64,000 bases of DNA. It comes from Elusimicrobiota bacterium. Its GTDB lineage: Bacteria > Elusimicrobiota > Elusimicrobia > FEN-1173. Positions 9,654-19,262 of the stretch are shown here, one piece after another. A program made the position numbers and the translations under genes. The stretch is taken from the NCBI GenBank assembly GCA_016706425.1, contig JADJJR010000001.1, positions 701,973-765,972 on the forward strand, given 5' to 3'. Position 1 is the stretch's first letter; every line of letters begins with the position of its first letter. The notes under the pieces were generated by a model. The model was given only the letters and a program-made list of their open reading frames with translations, ran no database searches and was not told the origin of the DNA.

Positions 9654-10447
9654 CCGAATCTCCCCGTGATGTAATCCTCGGTCAATTTGTTGGAAGGGTT
9701 GGTGAAAACCCGCTCGGTCCGGTTGAACTCCGCCAATTCGCCCAGGTACATGAAGCCCGTGAAATCCGACACCCGCGCGGCCTGCTGCATGTTGTGGGTG
9801 ACGATGAGGATGGTCACGCGCTGTTTGAGCTCGGCCACCAGTTCCTCCACCTTGCCGGTGGCGATGGGGTCCAGGGCGCTGGTGGGCTCGTCGAACAGGA
9901 TGATCTCCGGGTCGGTCACGAGCGCGCGCGCGATGCACAGGCGCTGTTGCTGTCCGCCGGAAAGGTTGCCGCCCAGGGAGTGCAGGCGGTCTTTCACCTC
10001 ATCGAAAAGGGCCGCCCCGCGCAGGGCGCGCTCCACCCGCTCTTTGACCTCCGATTTTTTCACGTTCCCCCGAACCTTCAGGCCATAGGCGACGTTTTCA
10101 AAAATCGTCTTGGGGAACGGGTTTGCCTTTTGGAACACCATGCTGATGCGCATGCGGACCTCGATGGGGTCGATGACCGGGTCGAGGATGTTGGTGTTCT
10201 CGGGGGAAAGCCGAATGGCCCCGTCGTAGCGGTTCCCCGGGTAGAGGTCGTGCATCCGGTTGAAACAGCGCAGCAGTGTTGTCTTGCCGCAGCCCGAGGG
10301 GCCGATGAGCGCGGTGACTTTTTTTTCGGGGACAGAGAGCGTCACCGATTTAAGCACTTGGTGAGCTCCGTAATAAAAACTCAGTCGGTCGACTTCGGCT
10401 TTGATGGCCAGGCCGGACGTCGGGGGAGCGGTGAGGGTGTCTACCAT
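9650..10447 (-). CDS. pstB: phosphate ABC transporter ATP-binding protein PstB
   Basis: Walker [10 protein letters not shown], signature LSGGQQQRL, Walker [12 protein letters not shown]. Start at MVDTL. The tracked 497-aa ORF is an N-terminal over-extension. The stop overlaps the phoU start. Confidence 0.9.
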   Translation of the reverse strand: MVDTLTAPPTSGLAIKAEVDRLSFYYGAHQVLKSVTLSVPEKKVTALIGPSGCGKTTLLRCFNRMHDLYPGNRYDGAIRLSPENTNILDPVIDPIEVRMRISMVFQKANPFPKTIFENVAYGLKVRGNVKKSEVKERVERALRGAALFDEVKDRLHSLGGNLSGGQQQRLCIARALVTDPEIILFDEPTSALDPIATGKVEELVAELKQRVTILIVTHNMQQAARVSDFTGFMYLGELAEFNRTERVFTNPSNKLTEDYITGRFG

Positions 10448-11355
10448 TTGATCCTCTTTCGGAAACGATATCGGATGGCGATCGCCAGGCCGTTCATGGC
10501 CAGGGTCATGGTCATGAGGACCAGGCCCGCCGCGGCGGCGTTGAGGTGAAAGGCCTTTTGGGGCCGCGAGACCCAGTTGAAAAGCTGAATGGGAAGAACC
10601 GTGTAAGGGGATTTCAACCATTCGAAATTGATGAAGGGAAACGACCCCGTCACGGGGGACGGGGGCAGAAAGGCGATGAAAGTGAGCGCGCCGACGGTGA
10701 TGAGGGGGGCGCTTTCGCCGATGGCCCGGGAGAGACCGATGATCACCCCGGTCAAAATCCCGCCCGCCGAATAGGGCAGGATGTGGTGGCGCACCATTTG
10801 CCATTTCGTGGCGCCCACCGCGAAGGCCGCTTCCCGGATGGAGGACGGGATGGCGCGAATGGACTCCCGCGTGGCCATGATCACGATGGGCAGAATCAAA
10901 AGCGCCAAAGTGAGCCCCGCCGTGATCACGCTTTGGCCCAGGTTGAATTTGTAAACGAAAATACCCAGGGCCATCAGCCCGTACACGATGGACGGCACGC
11001 CCGCCAGGTTGGCGATGTTGATTTCGATGAGGGACGTGAGGCGGTTTTTGGGGGCGTATTCTTCCAAATAAACGCCGGCCGCCACGCCCAGGGGCACCGC
11101 CGAAAGGGCCGTCACGAACATGACGATCGCCGTGCCCACCCAAGCGGACAGGATCCCGGCCTTGTCCGGAAAGCGCGAGGGGAAATTGGAAAGAAACCCG
11201 GGGTTGATGCGGCCGACGCCGTCGATGGCCAGGTCGATGAGCAACGCCAGGAGCGTGATCAGCCCCACCAGGGTGGCCGCGAGCCCGACGAGGGCGAAAA
11301 GCGCGTCCTTCTTTTTTCGCCGCACGATGCCGCGGCGGAGGGCGGCGGCGTCCAT
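10441..11355 (-). CDS. pstA: phosphate ABC transporter permease PstA
   Basis: 304-aa permease with an EAA-like loop ([14 protein letters not shown]). Start MDAAALRRG, 1-nt ATGA overlap with the pstC stop. The tracked 544-aa ORF is over-extended. Confidence 0.85.
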   Translation of the reverse strand: MDAAALRRGIVRRKKKDALFALVGLAATLVGLITLLALLIDLAIDGVGRINPGFLSNFPSRFPDKAGILSAWVGTAIVMFVTALSAVPLGVAAGVYLEEYAPKNRLTSLIEINIANLAGVPSIVYGLMALGIFVYKFNLGQSVITAGLTLALLILPIVIMATRESIRAIPSSIREAAFAVGATKWQMVRHHILPYSAGGILTGVIIGLSRAIGESAPLITVGALTFIAFLPPSPVTGSFPFINFEWLKSPYTVLPIQLFNWVSRPQKAFHLNAAAAGLVLMTMTLAMNGLAIAIRYRFRKRIKW

Positions 11356-12377
11356 CAGTACACCTCCCGAAACTTTTTGCGCAACAGGTGACCGGCCACG
11401 TTGAAGACCAAGGTCATGAGCATCAGGGTCAGGCCCGCGGCGAAGATGGTTTGGTACCCGATGCTGCCGTGGGGCAGGTCTCCCAGGGCCACTTGAACGA
11501 TGTAGGCGGTGATCGTGGCGGCCGGTTCCAGGGGGTTCGCCGTCAGCCGGGGTTGCATGCCGGCGGCGATGGCCACCACCATGGTCTCCCCGATGGCGCG
11601 GGAGAAGGCGAGCACGTAGGCCGAGGCGATGCCGCTGAAAGCCGCGGGGGTCACGACCCGCACCGACGTTTGAAACCGCGTGGCTCCCATGGCGTAGCTC
11701 GCTTCCCTCAAATGCATGGGCACGGCCCGCATGGCGTCTTCCGAAAGCGAGCTCACGTAGGGGATGATCATGACGCCGATCACCAGCCCCGCCGAGAGCA
11801 TGTTGAAGCCCGGGAGGGAGGGAATCAGCTTTTGCAGGAGGGGGGTGACGAAAAGAAGGGCGAAATAACCGAACACCACCGTGGGCACCGCGGTCAACAA
11901 TTCCAGAAAGGGCTTGACGATCTCCCGGACCCGGTGGGGGGCGTATTCCGACAGGTAGATGGCGGTGATGGTGCCCACGGGCAGGGCCAGGGCCAGGGCC
12001 ACCGCGGCCACCACCAGAGTGCCGGTCACCAGGGGGCGAATGCCGTAATGGGCGTCGTCGAAAAGGGGCGTCCACTGGGTGTCCGTGAGAAAATCCATGA
12101 GTGGGACATGACGAAAAAAGCCGAAGGACTCGTAGGCCAGGATCCAGACGATGCCGAGGGTGATGGCGATCGAAGAGGCGGCGGCGAGGAAGAGAAGGAA
12201 CTGGATGGCCTTTTCCTGAAAACGGCGAAAACCCCGCGTGGAGGACCGCGGCGGCAACGGCGGCAAGGGGGAAAGGGCCGCCGGATGGTCCGCGTCCGGC
12301 GACACGGACTCCTTCCGCTTCTTCGCAAGGAAGATGCGGGTAAAAGGGGTGATTTTCTCTTCCGTTTGCATTTCCAT
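11355..12377 (-). CDS. pstC: phosphate ABC transporter permease PstC
   Basis: 340-aa polytopic permease ([14 protein letters not shown]). A GAGGG SD lies 5 nt upstream. Confidence 0.85.
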   Translation of the reverse strand: MEMQTEEKITPFTRIFLAKKRKESVSPDADHPAALSPLPPLPPRSSTRGFRRFQEKAIQFLLFLAAASSIAITLGIVWILAYESFGFFRHVPLMDFLTDTQWTPLFDDAHYGIRPLVTGTLVVAAVALALALPVGTITAIYLSEYAPHRVREIVKPFLELLTAVPTVVFGYFALLFVTPLLQKLIPSLPGFNMLSAGLVIGVMIIPYVSSLSEDAMRAVPMHLREASYAMGATRFQTSVRVVTPAAFSGIASAYVLAFSRAIGETMVVAIAAGMQPRLTANPLEPAATITAYIVQVALGDLPHGSIGYQTIFAAGLTLMLMTLVFNVAGHLLRKKFREVY

Positions 12378-12461
12378 GTTAACCCTCGCGGCGTTCCCCG
12401 ATGAGAAACGCCGCGAGGGCCCCGCGCCCCGGGCCGGAACCCGGGGGCGGGACCTCGGTGT

Positions 12462-13451
12462 TTAGAGTTTCGGGCGACGGTTCAGCAGGTCGCCGACTTT
12501 GACGCCGATTTCGGCCTTGCCGCCGAAGGCGGTGCCGGTCTGGCCCTTTTGAAACCGTTCCGCGATCGCGGCGTATTCGTTGGCCGGGAGCGGAATGTAT
12601 TTCACTTCTTCCACGAGCGCCGCGGCGTTTTGCAGATAAAAGTCCACGAACGCCTTGACCTCGGGTTTGCGCGCCGATTTCTTCGAAACGTAGATGAAGA
12701 TGGGGCGCGCGAGCGGCTGGTAGGAGCCGTCCTTGACGGTCGCCATGGAGGGAAGAACCCCGCCCTTGCCGCCGTCAACGGCGACGGCCTTCAGCTTGTC
12801 GGCGTTCTCTTCGTAGTAGGCGAACCCGAAATAGCCGAGCGCCGTTTCATCGGACGCGATGCCCTGCACCAGGACGTTGTCGTCCTCGGAGGCCGTGAAA
12901 TCGCCCCGGCTGGACTTCGCCTTGCCCACAATGGCTTCGGTGAAGTAGTCGAAGGTCCCCGAATCGGAGCCGGCGCCGTAGAGTTTCAGCGGTTTCTCCG
13001 GCCAACCGGCGCGGACCTGGCTCCATTTGGTGACGTTCCCTTGGGCCGCCGGCTCCCAGATTTTCTTGAGTTCGGCGACGGTCATGGTGTCGGCCCAATT
13101 GTTCTTGGGGTTGATCATGACGGTCAAGGCGTCGAAGGCCACCGGCAGTTCGTAATACTGGATGCCGGCGTCCAAGCAGGCGTCCATTTCCTTGCGGAGG
13201 ATGGGGCGCGAAGCGTCGGAGATGTCGGTTTCCCCGCGGCAGAACTTCTTGAACCCGCCGCCGGTCCCCGAGATGCCCACCGTGACCTGGGTGTCGCTGT
13301 TGGCCTTCATGAACTCCTCGGCCACGGCCTCGGTGATGGGGTAGACGGTGCTGGAGCCGTCGATTTTGACGATCTTTTTTTCGGCGGCCGCCGGCAGGGC
13401 GCCCAACAGCAGGGCGAAGGCCGCGAGACCGCGCAGAGTGGATTTCAACAT
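12462..13451 (-). CDS. pstS: phosphate-binding periplasmic protein PstS
   Basis: PBP fold motifs (GSSTVYP; SGTGGG). Start placed at Met7 (MLKSTLRG..), which has an AGGAGA SD and a signal peptide. The tracked start at 13469 has no SD. Confidence 0.8.
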   Translation of the reverse strand: MLKSTLRGLAAFALLLGALPAAAEKKIVKIDGSSTVYPITEAVAEEFMKANSDTQVTVGISGTGGGFKKFCRGETDISDASRPILRKEMDACLDAGIQYYELPVAFDALTVMINPKNNWADTMTVAELKKIWEPAAQGNVTKWSQVRAGWPEKPLKLYGAGSDSGTFDYFTEAIVGKAKSSRGDFTASEDDNVLVQGIASDETALGYFGFAYYEENADKLKAVAVDGGKGGVLPSMATVKDGSYQPLARPIFIYVSKKSARKPEVKAFVDFYLQNAAALVEEVKYIPLPANEYAAIAERFQKGQTGTAFGGKAEIGVKVGDLLNRRPKL

Positions 13452-13527
13452 GTTTTTCTCCTGTGTCATTATATTAAGTCTTCAATGTGACGTTTGTGTG
13501 ACGGCCGCGTGAGCGGCGCGTGACGTA

Positions 13528-14697
13528 TTAGAACTTCACCTGCCAGTCGAGTTGAAGGGTGTCGATGTCCTTTTCCGCCCCTTCGATGATCGACGTCTGG
13601 AACAGTTTCACCTTCACCTGTTGGTTCTTCCAAGGCGCGTAGGCCACCCAGAAGATGTTGCCTTTCCGGTTCGTGCCGGGGAAGTCCGAGTCGGAGGCGT
13701 CCGAAACCACGGCGTCCTGGTCCACGCTCTTGTTGAAGTAGGCGATTTCCCAGGAGTTGGGGTTGCTGGCGCTGCCGAGAATGGCCCCCACTTGGTGGCC
13801 GGTGTCGCGCTTGTCGTTGTTGGCGAACAAGTTGTCCCGGTGCGCGGTGTTCTTGACGAAGGCGCCCTGGATCGACAAAGGCAGGTCGACGCCGGGGATC
13901 GTGGTGAACCATTCGGCGTCAATGTGAATGACGCGGAAATCGTTCGCCAACTTGTCGGTGGTGGTGGATATAAGGAGGTTGGTCGAACCGCTCACTCCAT
14001 CGCCGAACGCCCGATCGGTTTCGTTCACCCAGTCATGGATCGACCCCGCCAAGGTGAAGCGGGAATCCATCGGGGCGGGCAGGATGACCCCGGCTTGGGT
14101 CGAAAACACGTACTGGGGACGGTTCCCAGCGAGCGAGGCGGAGTCCGCGACTTTTTTCTTTTCGTTCACCACCCATTGGGAGGCGTTCACGAACACGCGG
14201 CCAAAGCCCGCCAAGGACAACTTGACGTTTTCGCCGAGGCCTTCGGGGTTGAGGTCCGAATCCCACACCAAGTCGGAACTGTAGGTCTGCCACAGGGGGT
14301 TTTTCATCCGACCGCCGCTGACCACGAGGGTGTCCGCGTGGGCGCCCGGCAGGGGTTTCAGTTCCAAATACGCCAGGTCCAGGAAGATGCCCTTCGGTTT
14401 GGAGAGGCTGTCCAGGGTTTGGTTGGTGGACGTCTGTTCGGCGCCGCCGGTGGCGAACTGGGTTTTCACGGCCAGCATGGGATTGACCGTGTAGTTCATG
14501 CCGAGGCGCAGGCGGATGCGTTGCCGGTCGCGGTTGGAATTGGCGGTCTCCTCGTTGGTCTGGTGGCGCAGGCGCAAATCGCCCTTGATTTCGAGCTTGT
14601 CGCTGCTGATGGTGATTTCTCCCGCCCGGGCGGACGTCGCGGTGATCGCCGCGGCGAAGGCCATCAAGACGGCTGTGGATCGTTTCGTGAAGTGCAT
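13528..14697 (-). CDS. outer-membrane porin, candidate phosphate/anion-selective (OprO/OprP-like position)
   Basis: Signal peptide MHFTKRSTAVLMAFAAAITATSARA, amphipathic beta-strand-like composition, C-terminal Phe. Start at Met18 with an AGGAGG SD. First gene of the pst operon. Confidence 0.7.
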   Translation of the reverse strand: MHFTKRSTAVLMAFAAAITATSARAGEITISSDKLEIKGDLRLRHQTNEETANSNRDRQRIRLRLGMNYTVNPMLAVKTQFATGGAEQTSTNQTLDSLSKPKGIFLDLAYLELKPLPGAHADTLVVSGGRMKNPLWQTYSSDLVWDSDLNPEGLGENVKLSLAGFGRVFVNASQWVVNEKKKVADSASLAGNRPQYVFSTQAGVILPAPMDSRFTLAGSIHDWVNETDRAFGDGVSGSTNLLISTTTDKLANDFRVIHIDAEWFTTIPGVDLPLSIQGAFVKNTAHRDNLFANNDKRDTGHQVGAILGSASNPNSWEIAYFNKSVDQDAVVSDASDSDFPGTNRKGNIFWVAYAPWKNQQVKVKLFQTSIIEGAEKDIDTLQLDWQVKF

Positions 14698-14718
14698 GGA
14701 ACTTCCTCCTTTAGTGGT

Positions 14719-14740
14719 CCGGACCTGTGTCCGGTTTTTT
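14719..14740. promoter_or_regulatory. stable hairpin (CCGGAC-CTGT-GTCCGG) plus T6 in the 5' leader of the porin-pst operon
   Basis: Perfect 6-bp stem followed by TTTTTT on the plus strand. It lies 20 nt upstream of the porin start codon on the minus-strand mRNA. There is no plus-strand gene to terminate. Confidence 0.3.
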
Positions 14741-15079
14741 CGTTCCACCCCCCGCCGACCTCCCCGAGCCTGGAAAATCCGTGCGTCGGCGAGAGGGACT
14801 TTGTGGGTCCGGAACGAAGTTTGGGGTTGCCCAAATCGATGATCGAAAGAACGGCGCTCCGTTGAGTCCTTGGATGTCCCCCGGTGGCGGCGGAACGCGG
14901 CGCGGGTGCGTCTCGTTCCGGCTCGTCCACTTTATCCCACCGCCGCCCCGCAAGGGAATTGTGGGGCCGTCAATTGTGTGTGACGGCGGCGTGACGGGGG
15001 TCTTCGACGGAAAAGCGGGCCGGGCTTTTTGGGGCGCTCGGGGCGGGGGGCCCTCAAGCGCCCGAAGAAGCCCCGCGCG

Positions 15080-15322
15080 CTACACGAGCACTTCCCGGCG
15101 GCCGGCCCCGGCCAGGGCGGGGCGGATGGTGGGCAACCGAAAGAATCCCGCGGGCAATCGGCGGGTGCGGTTCCAATAATGAATGACGTCCTCCTGGAGG
15201 CCGCGCGCCGACAGGCGCGCCACCAGGCGCCCCAGTTGGGGGTTGCGGGGACGCATTTTTTCCAACACGGCGATTGCCGACAGGGGGGCCGCGGTCGTTT
15301 CCGAGTCCCGGGTCACGGTCAA
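15080..15322 (-). CDS. hypothetical small protein (80 aa), candidate toxin-like partner
   Basis: ATGA overlap with the upstream 57-aa ORF. No homology recognised. Confidence 0.25.
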   Translation of the reverse strand: MTVTRDSETTAAPLSAIAVLEKMRPRNPQLGRLVARLSARGLQEDVIHYWNRTRRLPAGFFRLPTIRPALAGAGRREVLV

Positions 15323-15492
15323 GCCGCCGGCGCCAACCGGCGCAGGTCCTGTCCGATTTGCCTCAACCGTTCGGCCACGGCGGCGTCGTCCATGTCGTTG
15401 GATTCCAGGTCTTTTAACGTCTCCGCCAGGCGTCGTTCGGCGGTTCTCAGCGCGGCGCGCACGGCGTCCGCGTTGAACTTTGTGGGGCTCAT
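15319..15492 (-). CDS. hypothetical small protein (57 aa), candidate antitoxin-like
   Basis: GGAG SD 7 nt upstream. Helical basic/acidic sequence. 4-nt overlap with the following small ORF. Confidence 0.3.
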   Translation of the reverse strand: MSPTKFNADAVRAALRTAERRLAETLKDLESNDMDDAAVAERLRQIGQDLRRLAPAA

Positions 15493-15653
15493 GGGGTTTC
15501 TCCTTGGGTTCTCGGCCTTTTTTATTATTGTTGACGCCATGTTAACCCGGGGATCGCCCGAAAGCCATTGCGCGGCGGTAAATTGATTGTGACCGTCGCG
15601 TGACGGAGAAAGCGCTTGCGCTTTGCCCGCGCTTTTTCTACATAAACGCATCG

Positions 15654-16133
15654 ATGCCCACGATCCCCCGCGACGCCGTCCTCTCCTCCCTCGAATGGCC
15701 GTTTCTTTTGTCGGTATTGGCTTTGGCGTTTTTTTGGGCCAAATTGGAAATTGAAATCGAGGGGCCCGACGGGTGGGCGGCGCGTTTGCCGACGTGGCGG
15801 GTGAAAAAGCCGGCCTTCGCGGATGTCGTTTTGGGCGGGGGGGACATCACCGGTTACCACGTGTGGGCCTTTGCGGCCACCCTGGCGTTCTTCCATTTGA
15901 AGGTGTTGGGCCGTTGGACCTGGGCGTCCGAAACGCGGGTTTTGGGGGCGTTTGTTCTGTTTTGGTTGTTGGAAGATGTGCTGTGGTTTGCTTTAAACCC
16001 CCATTACGGCTGGCGGGCATTGACCCCCGGCCGCGCGGGCTGGCACCGGCGCTGGTTCTGCGGGCTTCCCGTGCCCTACTGGATCATGGGCCCGTTGGGC
16101 GTGTTTTTTTACGTCCTGCCCTCTCTCCTTTAA
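15654..16133 (+). CDS. hypothetical integral membrane protein
   Basis: About four hydrophobic helices (FLLSVLALAFFW; VWAFAATLAFFHL; LGAFVLFWLL; IMGPLGVFFYVL). Start chosen at the first ATG. Confidence 0.45.
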   Translation: MPTIPRDAVLSSLEWPFLLSVLALAFFWAKLEIEIEGPDGWAARLPTWRVKKPAFADVVLGGGDITGYHVWAFAATLAFFHLKVLGRWTWASETRVLGAFVLFWLLEDVLWFALNPHYGWRALTPGRAGWHRRWFCGLPVPYWIMGPLGVFFYVLPSLL

Positions 16134-16213
16134 AACCCCCCGTCACGCCGCCGCAACACCGAATTTACCGTGGCTCCATGGCCCGGCAGGGCCTTCCCGG
16201 GTAAGATGAAGCC

Positions 16214-17005
16214 ATGAAAACGCGATATCACCGGGCGCTGTGGATCTCCGATGTGCATCTGGGCACCTGGGGTTCCAAGGCCCATTTCCTGTTGGACTTT
16301 CTCAAACACAACGAATCCGAATACCTCTATCTCGTGGGGGATATCGTCGACGGTTGGTGGTTGCGGCGGGTGTGGCATTGGCCCCAGGCCCACAACGACG
16401 TCATTCAAAAAATTCTCCGAAAGGCGCGCAAAGGCACGCGCGTCGTCTTCCTGCCGGGGAACCACGACGAAATGGCGCGGGATTTCCTCGGCACGTCCTT
16501 CGGCGGAATACGAATCCACGACCGGGTGATCCACCGCTTGGCCGATGGCCGCCGCCTGCTGGTGTTGCACGGGGATCAATTCGACGGTATTTTGAATCAC
16601 GCGCCGTGGCTGTCGATGATGGGGTCCGGCGCCTACGAAGCGGCTCTGGCGGTGAACAACCTGCTGAATTGGTCGCGGCGGAAGATGGGGTTGCCCTACT
16701 GGTCCTTGGCCTCGTTCTTAAAGCAAAAAACCAAAAAAGCGTTGGGCTACGTGACGCGTTTCGAGGACACGGTGGTTCGGGAAGTCCGGCGCCTGGGGGT
16801 GGACGGCGTCGTTTGCGGCCACATCCACCGGCCGGAGATTCGAACGATCGACGGAATCCTCTACGCCAACGACGGGGATTGGGTGGAAAATTGCACGGCC
16901 CTGGCCGAGGACGCCGCCGGGCGTTTGGAAATCCTCTCGTGGGCGCGGACGGAAAACCCCTCCATCGAAACGGTTCGGCCGGCGCGGGACCTGGCCTATG
17001 CTTGA
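16214..17005 (+). CDS. LpxH-family calcineurin-like metallophosphoesterase, candidate phospholipase C PlcP (lipid remodelling) or UDP-2,3-diacylglucosamine hydrolase
   Basis: Metallophosphoesterase motifs ISDVHLG, GDIVDGWW, GNHDE, HGD, GHIH. Overlaps and co-orients with the downstream glycosyltransferase. Sits between the pst and phoRB loci. Confidence 0.75.
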   Translation: MKTRYHRALWISDVHLGTWGSKAHFLLDFLKHNESEYLYLVGDIVDGWWLRRVWHWPQAHNDVIQKILRKARKGTRVVFLPGNHDEMARDFLGTSFGGIRIHDRVIHRLADGRRLLVLHGDQFDGILNHAPWLSMMGSGAYEAALAVNNLLNWSRRKMGLPYWSLASFLKQKTKKALGYVTRFEDTVVREVRRLGVDGVVCGHIHRPEIRTIDGILYANDGDWVENCTALAEDAAGRLEILSWARTENPSIETVRPARDLAYA

Positions 17006-18164
17006 GGGCGCGCGGGTCCTCGTCCTTTACGCCTCGGTGGGGGGCGGCCACGGCAGCGCCGCCAACGCCGTCGCCGCGGCCTTGCGGGAACTCGCTCCCG
17101 CCGTGGCGGTGGAGACCGCCGACCTATTGGATTTCACCAACCGGGCTTTCCGGCACCTTTATGGGAAAGCCTATTTCCAGGTTTACGCGAAGGCGCCGCA
17201 CCTCCTGGGGTACCTCTACGACCGATTGGACAAGGCGGGGGAGGCCAAAGGGGGCGTGGCCGAAAGGTTGCGGCGGGTCGTCCAAAAAGCCAACTTAAAG
17301 AAATTCGACGCGTTCCTTCGGTCGGGCCGCTGGGACGTGATCGTGAACACCCATTTTTTGCCGGCCGACATTCTCGCGGGCTTGAAAAAGCGGGGGGAGG
17401 TTCGCGTCCCCCAAATCACCGTCGTGACGGATTTCGAAGCCCATCGCCTTTGGGTCAATGAGCCGACGGATTTTTACTGTGTCGCCAGTCCCGAGGCCCG
17501 GTCCACCCTGCGGCACGTCGGGGTGTCGCCGGCGCGGGTCCGCGTGACGGGCATTCCGATCGCTCCCGTGTTCGCCCTGCCCTTCGATAAGCGCGACTTG
17601 CGCCGAAACCTGGGTTTTCCGGAGGGGCGCCCCCTCGTTTTGCAATTGGCGGGCGGGTTGGGGGTGGGGCCGGTGGAGTCGGTGCACCGCGCTCTTCTCA
17701 ACATCCGCATCCCTTTAAGCGTCGTCGTTGTCACGGGAACGAACGCGCTCGTCGCCGAGCGGTTGCGTTCCGTGCCCAATCCGTCGCGGCACGCCGTGCG
17801 GGTGCTCGGGTTCACCCGGGAGATGGAGCGGTGGATGGGGGCGGCCGATTTGGTCATTTCCAAGCCGGGGGGGTTGACCTCTTCGGAATGCCTGGCGCGC
17901 GGCGTCCCGATGGCCATCGTCCACCCGATCCCCGGCCAGGAAAGCCGGAACAGCGACTATCTGTTGGAGGCGGGCGCGGCCGTTAAAATCAACGATCTTT
18001 CCGTTCTGACCCACAAACTGGCGCGCCTGTTGTTTTCCCCCGCGCGCCTCGCGAATCTTGCCGATAACGCCCGGCGAGCCGCCCGTCCCTGGGCGGCTTT
18101 CGAAGTCGCCGAAAAGGCGCTCGAGCTGGCCCGCGGACGCCTTCCCGTCGCCGTCCCCGACTGA
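16998..18164 (+). CDS. diacylglycerol glycosyltransferase (GT28, MGDG-synthase/UgtP-like)
   Basis: 388 aa. N-terminal LVLYASVGGGHGSAANAV and C-terminal GT-B fold motifs (ADLVISKPGGLTSSECLARGVPMAIV). 8-nt overlap with the upstream gene. Confidence 0.75.
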   Translation: MLEGARVLVLYASVGGGHGSAANAVAAALRELAPAVAVETADLLDFTNRAFRHLYGKAYFQVYAKAPHLLGYLYDRLDKAGEAKGGVAERLRRVVQKANLKKFDAFLRSGRWDVIVNTHFLPADILAGLKKRGEVRVPQITVVTDFEAHRLWVNEPTDFYCVASPEARSTLRHVGVSPARVRVTGIPIAPVFALPFDKRDLRRNLGFPEGRPLVLQLAGGLGVGPVESVHRALLNIRIPLSVVVVTGTNALVAERLRSVPNPSRHAVRVLGFTREMERWMGAADLVISKPGGLTSSECLARGVPMAIVHPIPGQESRNSDYLLEAGAAVKINDLSVLTHKLARLLFSPARLANLADNARRAARPWAAFEVAEKALELARGRLPVAVPD

Positions 18165-19262
18165 TCACTCGCCCGCGGGCGAAGGCAACGCCACCTCGAA
18201 GAGACTTCCTTCGCCGAGGCGGCTCTCCAATCGAAGGGCGCCGCCCCGGTTTTCCACGATGTGCTTGACGATGGCCAGGCCGAGTCCCGTTCCGCCGGTT
18301 TCTTTGGAGCGCGCCTTGTCCGCCCGGTAAAACCGCTCGAAGACGCGGGGTTGGTCCTCGGGAGCGATGCCGACCCCCGTGTCCCGAATTCTCAGAAAAA
18401 CGCGGTTTTCCTTCGCCTCCAGGGCGAAGGCCACCGTGCCGCCGGGCCGGTTGAACTTGATGGCGTTGTCGAACAGGTTCATCAACACCTGGGTCAACTC
18501 ATCGGCCGAAATCGCCGCGGGGAGGGCGGCCGTTGTCGTCGTCGGGTGAATCGTCACGTTGTGTTTGGCCGCCACGGGCGTCAGGGCGGCCAGCACCCGC
18601 CGCCCCACCTCGGCCGCGTCGCAGGCGGCGGCCGGGGCCGCGCCGGATTTCTCAAGCCGGGACAGGGCCAGCAGATCGTCGATCAGGCGTTGCAAGCGCT
18701 CGACTTGGTCCAGGGCGGTGGCGAGGAAATCGCGGGCGTGGACTTTGTCGTCCAGGGCGCCGTCCAGGAGGGTTTCGAGGGACGCCCGCAGGGCGGTGAG
18801 CGGGGTTTTGAGCTCGTGCGACACGTTGGCGACGAAATCCTTGCGGGCGGCCTCCAACCGCCGGGTGAGGGTGAGGTCGGCGAAGGTGAGGAGGACGGCG
18901 GGGCCCCCGGCCGCGCCCAGTCCCGTCACGGTCACGCGGAACAGGCGCTCCCCGTCGGCGGCCATGGGGATTTCCGCGGTCTCCGCGGGGCGGCCGCCCA
19001 GCACCCGGTCGACCATCTCGGTGATTTCCCGCTGACGGAACATTTCCCAAAGCGGTTTCCCCGGCGCGTTGCGGGACGGGTGTCCGAGCAACGGCGTCAT
19101 CCGTCGGTTGGCGAGCACGATGCGCTTCGCGGCGTCCAGCGCCAGGACGCCCTCTTCCAAAAGATCGAACAAGGCGGTCCAATCGGTGTCGGGAGGCGGC
19201 GGGGGGGGTGGGTCGGGCGGCGGAGGCGGCGGCGCGCCGAAGAATCCGCGAAGGGGGCTCAT
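18165..19262 (-). CDS. phoR: sensor histidine kinase, PhoR-like (PAS-HisKA-HATPase), with no predicted transmembrane segment
   Basis: H-box VANVSHELKTPLTAL, N/G boxes (NLFDNAIKF; RDTGVGIAPEDQ; GGTGLGLAIV). Start at MSPLRGFF (ATGA overlap with the phoB stop), followed by a polyproline tract. The upstream 160 aa of the tracked ORF overlap phoB and are rejected. Confidence 0.8.
   Translation of the reverse strand: MSPLRGFFGAPPPPPPDPPPPPPPDTDWTALFDLLEEGVLALDAAKRIVLANRRMTPLLGHPSRNAPGKPLWEMFRQREITEMVDRVLGGRPAETAEIPMAADGERLFRVTVTGLGAAGGPAVLLTFADLTLTRRLEAARKDFVANVSHELKTPLTALRASLETLLDGALDDKVHARDFLATALDQVERLQRLIDDLLALSRLEKSGAAPAAACDAAEVGRRVLAALTPVAAKHNVTIHPTTTTAALPAAISADELTQVLMNLFDNAIKFNRPGGTVAFALEAKENRVFLRIRDTGVGIAPEDQPRVFERFYRADKARSKETGGTGLGLAIVKHIVENRGGALRLESRLGEGSLFEVALPSPAGE

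Noticed and set aside
13552-14865. 437-aa plus-strand ORF opposite the porin gene
   Set aside because: The porin on the minus strand has a signal peptide, an SD and a C-terminal Phe. The plus-strand translation is G/V/R-rich with no motif.
15029-15586. 185-aa plus-strand ORF overlapping the two small minus-strand ORFs
   Set aside because: No SD, and R/A/G-rich. The minus-strand small ORFs have an SD and 4-nt coupling. This rejection is uncertain.
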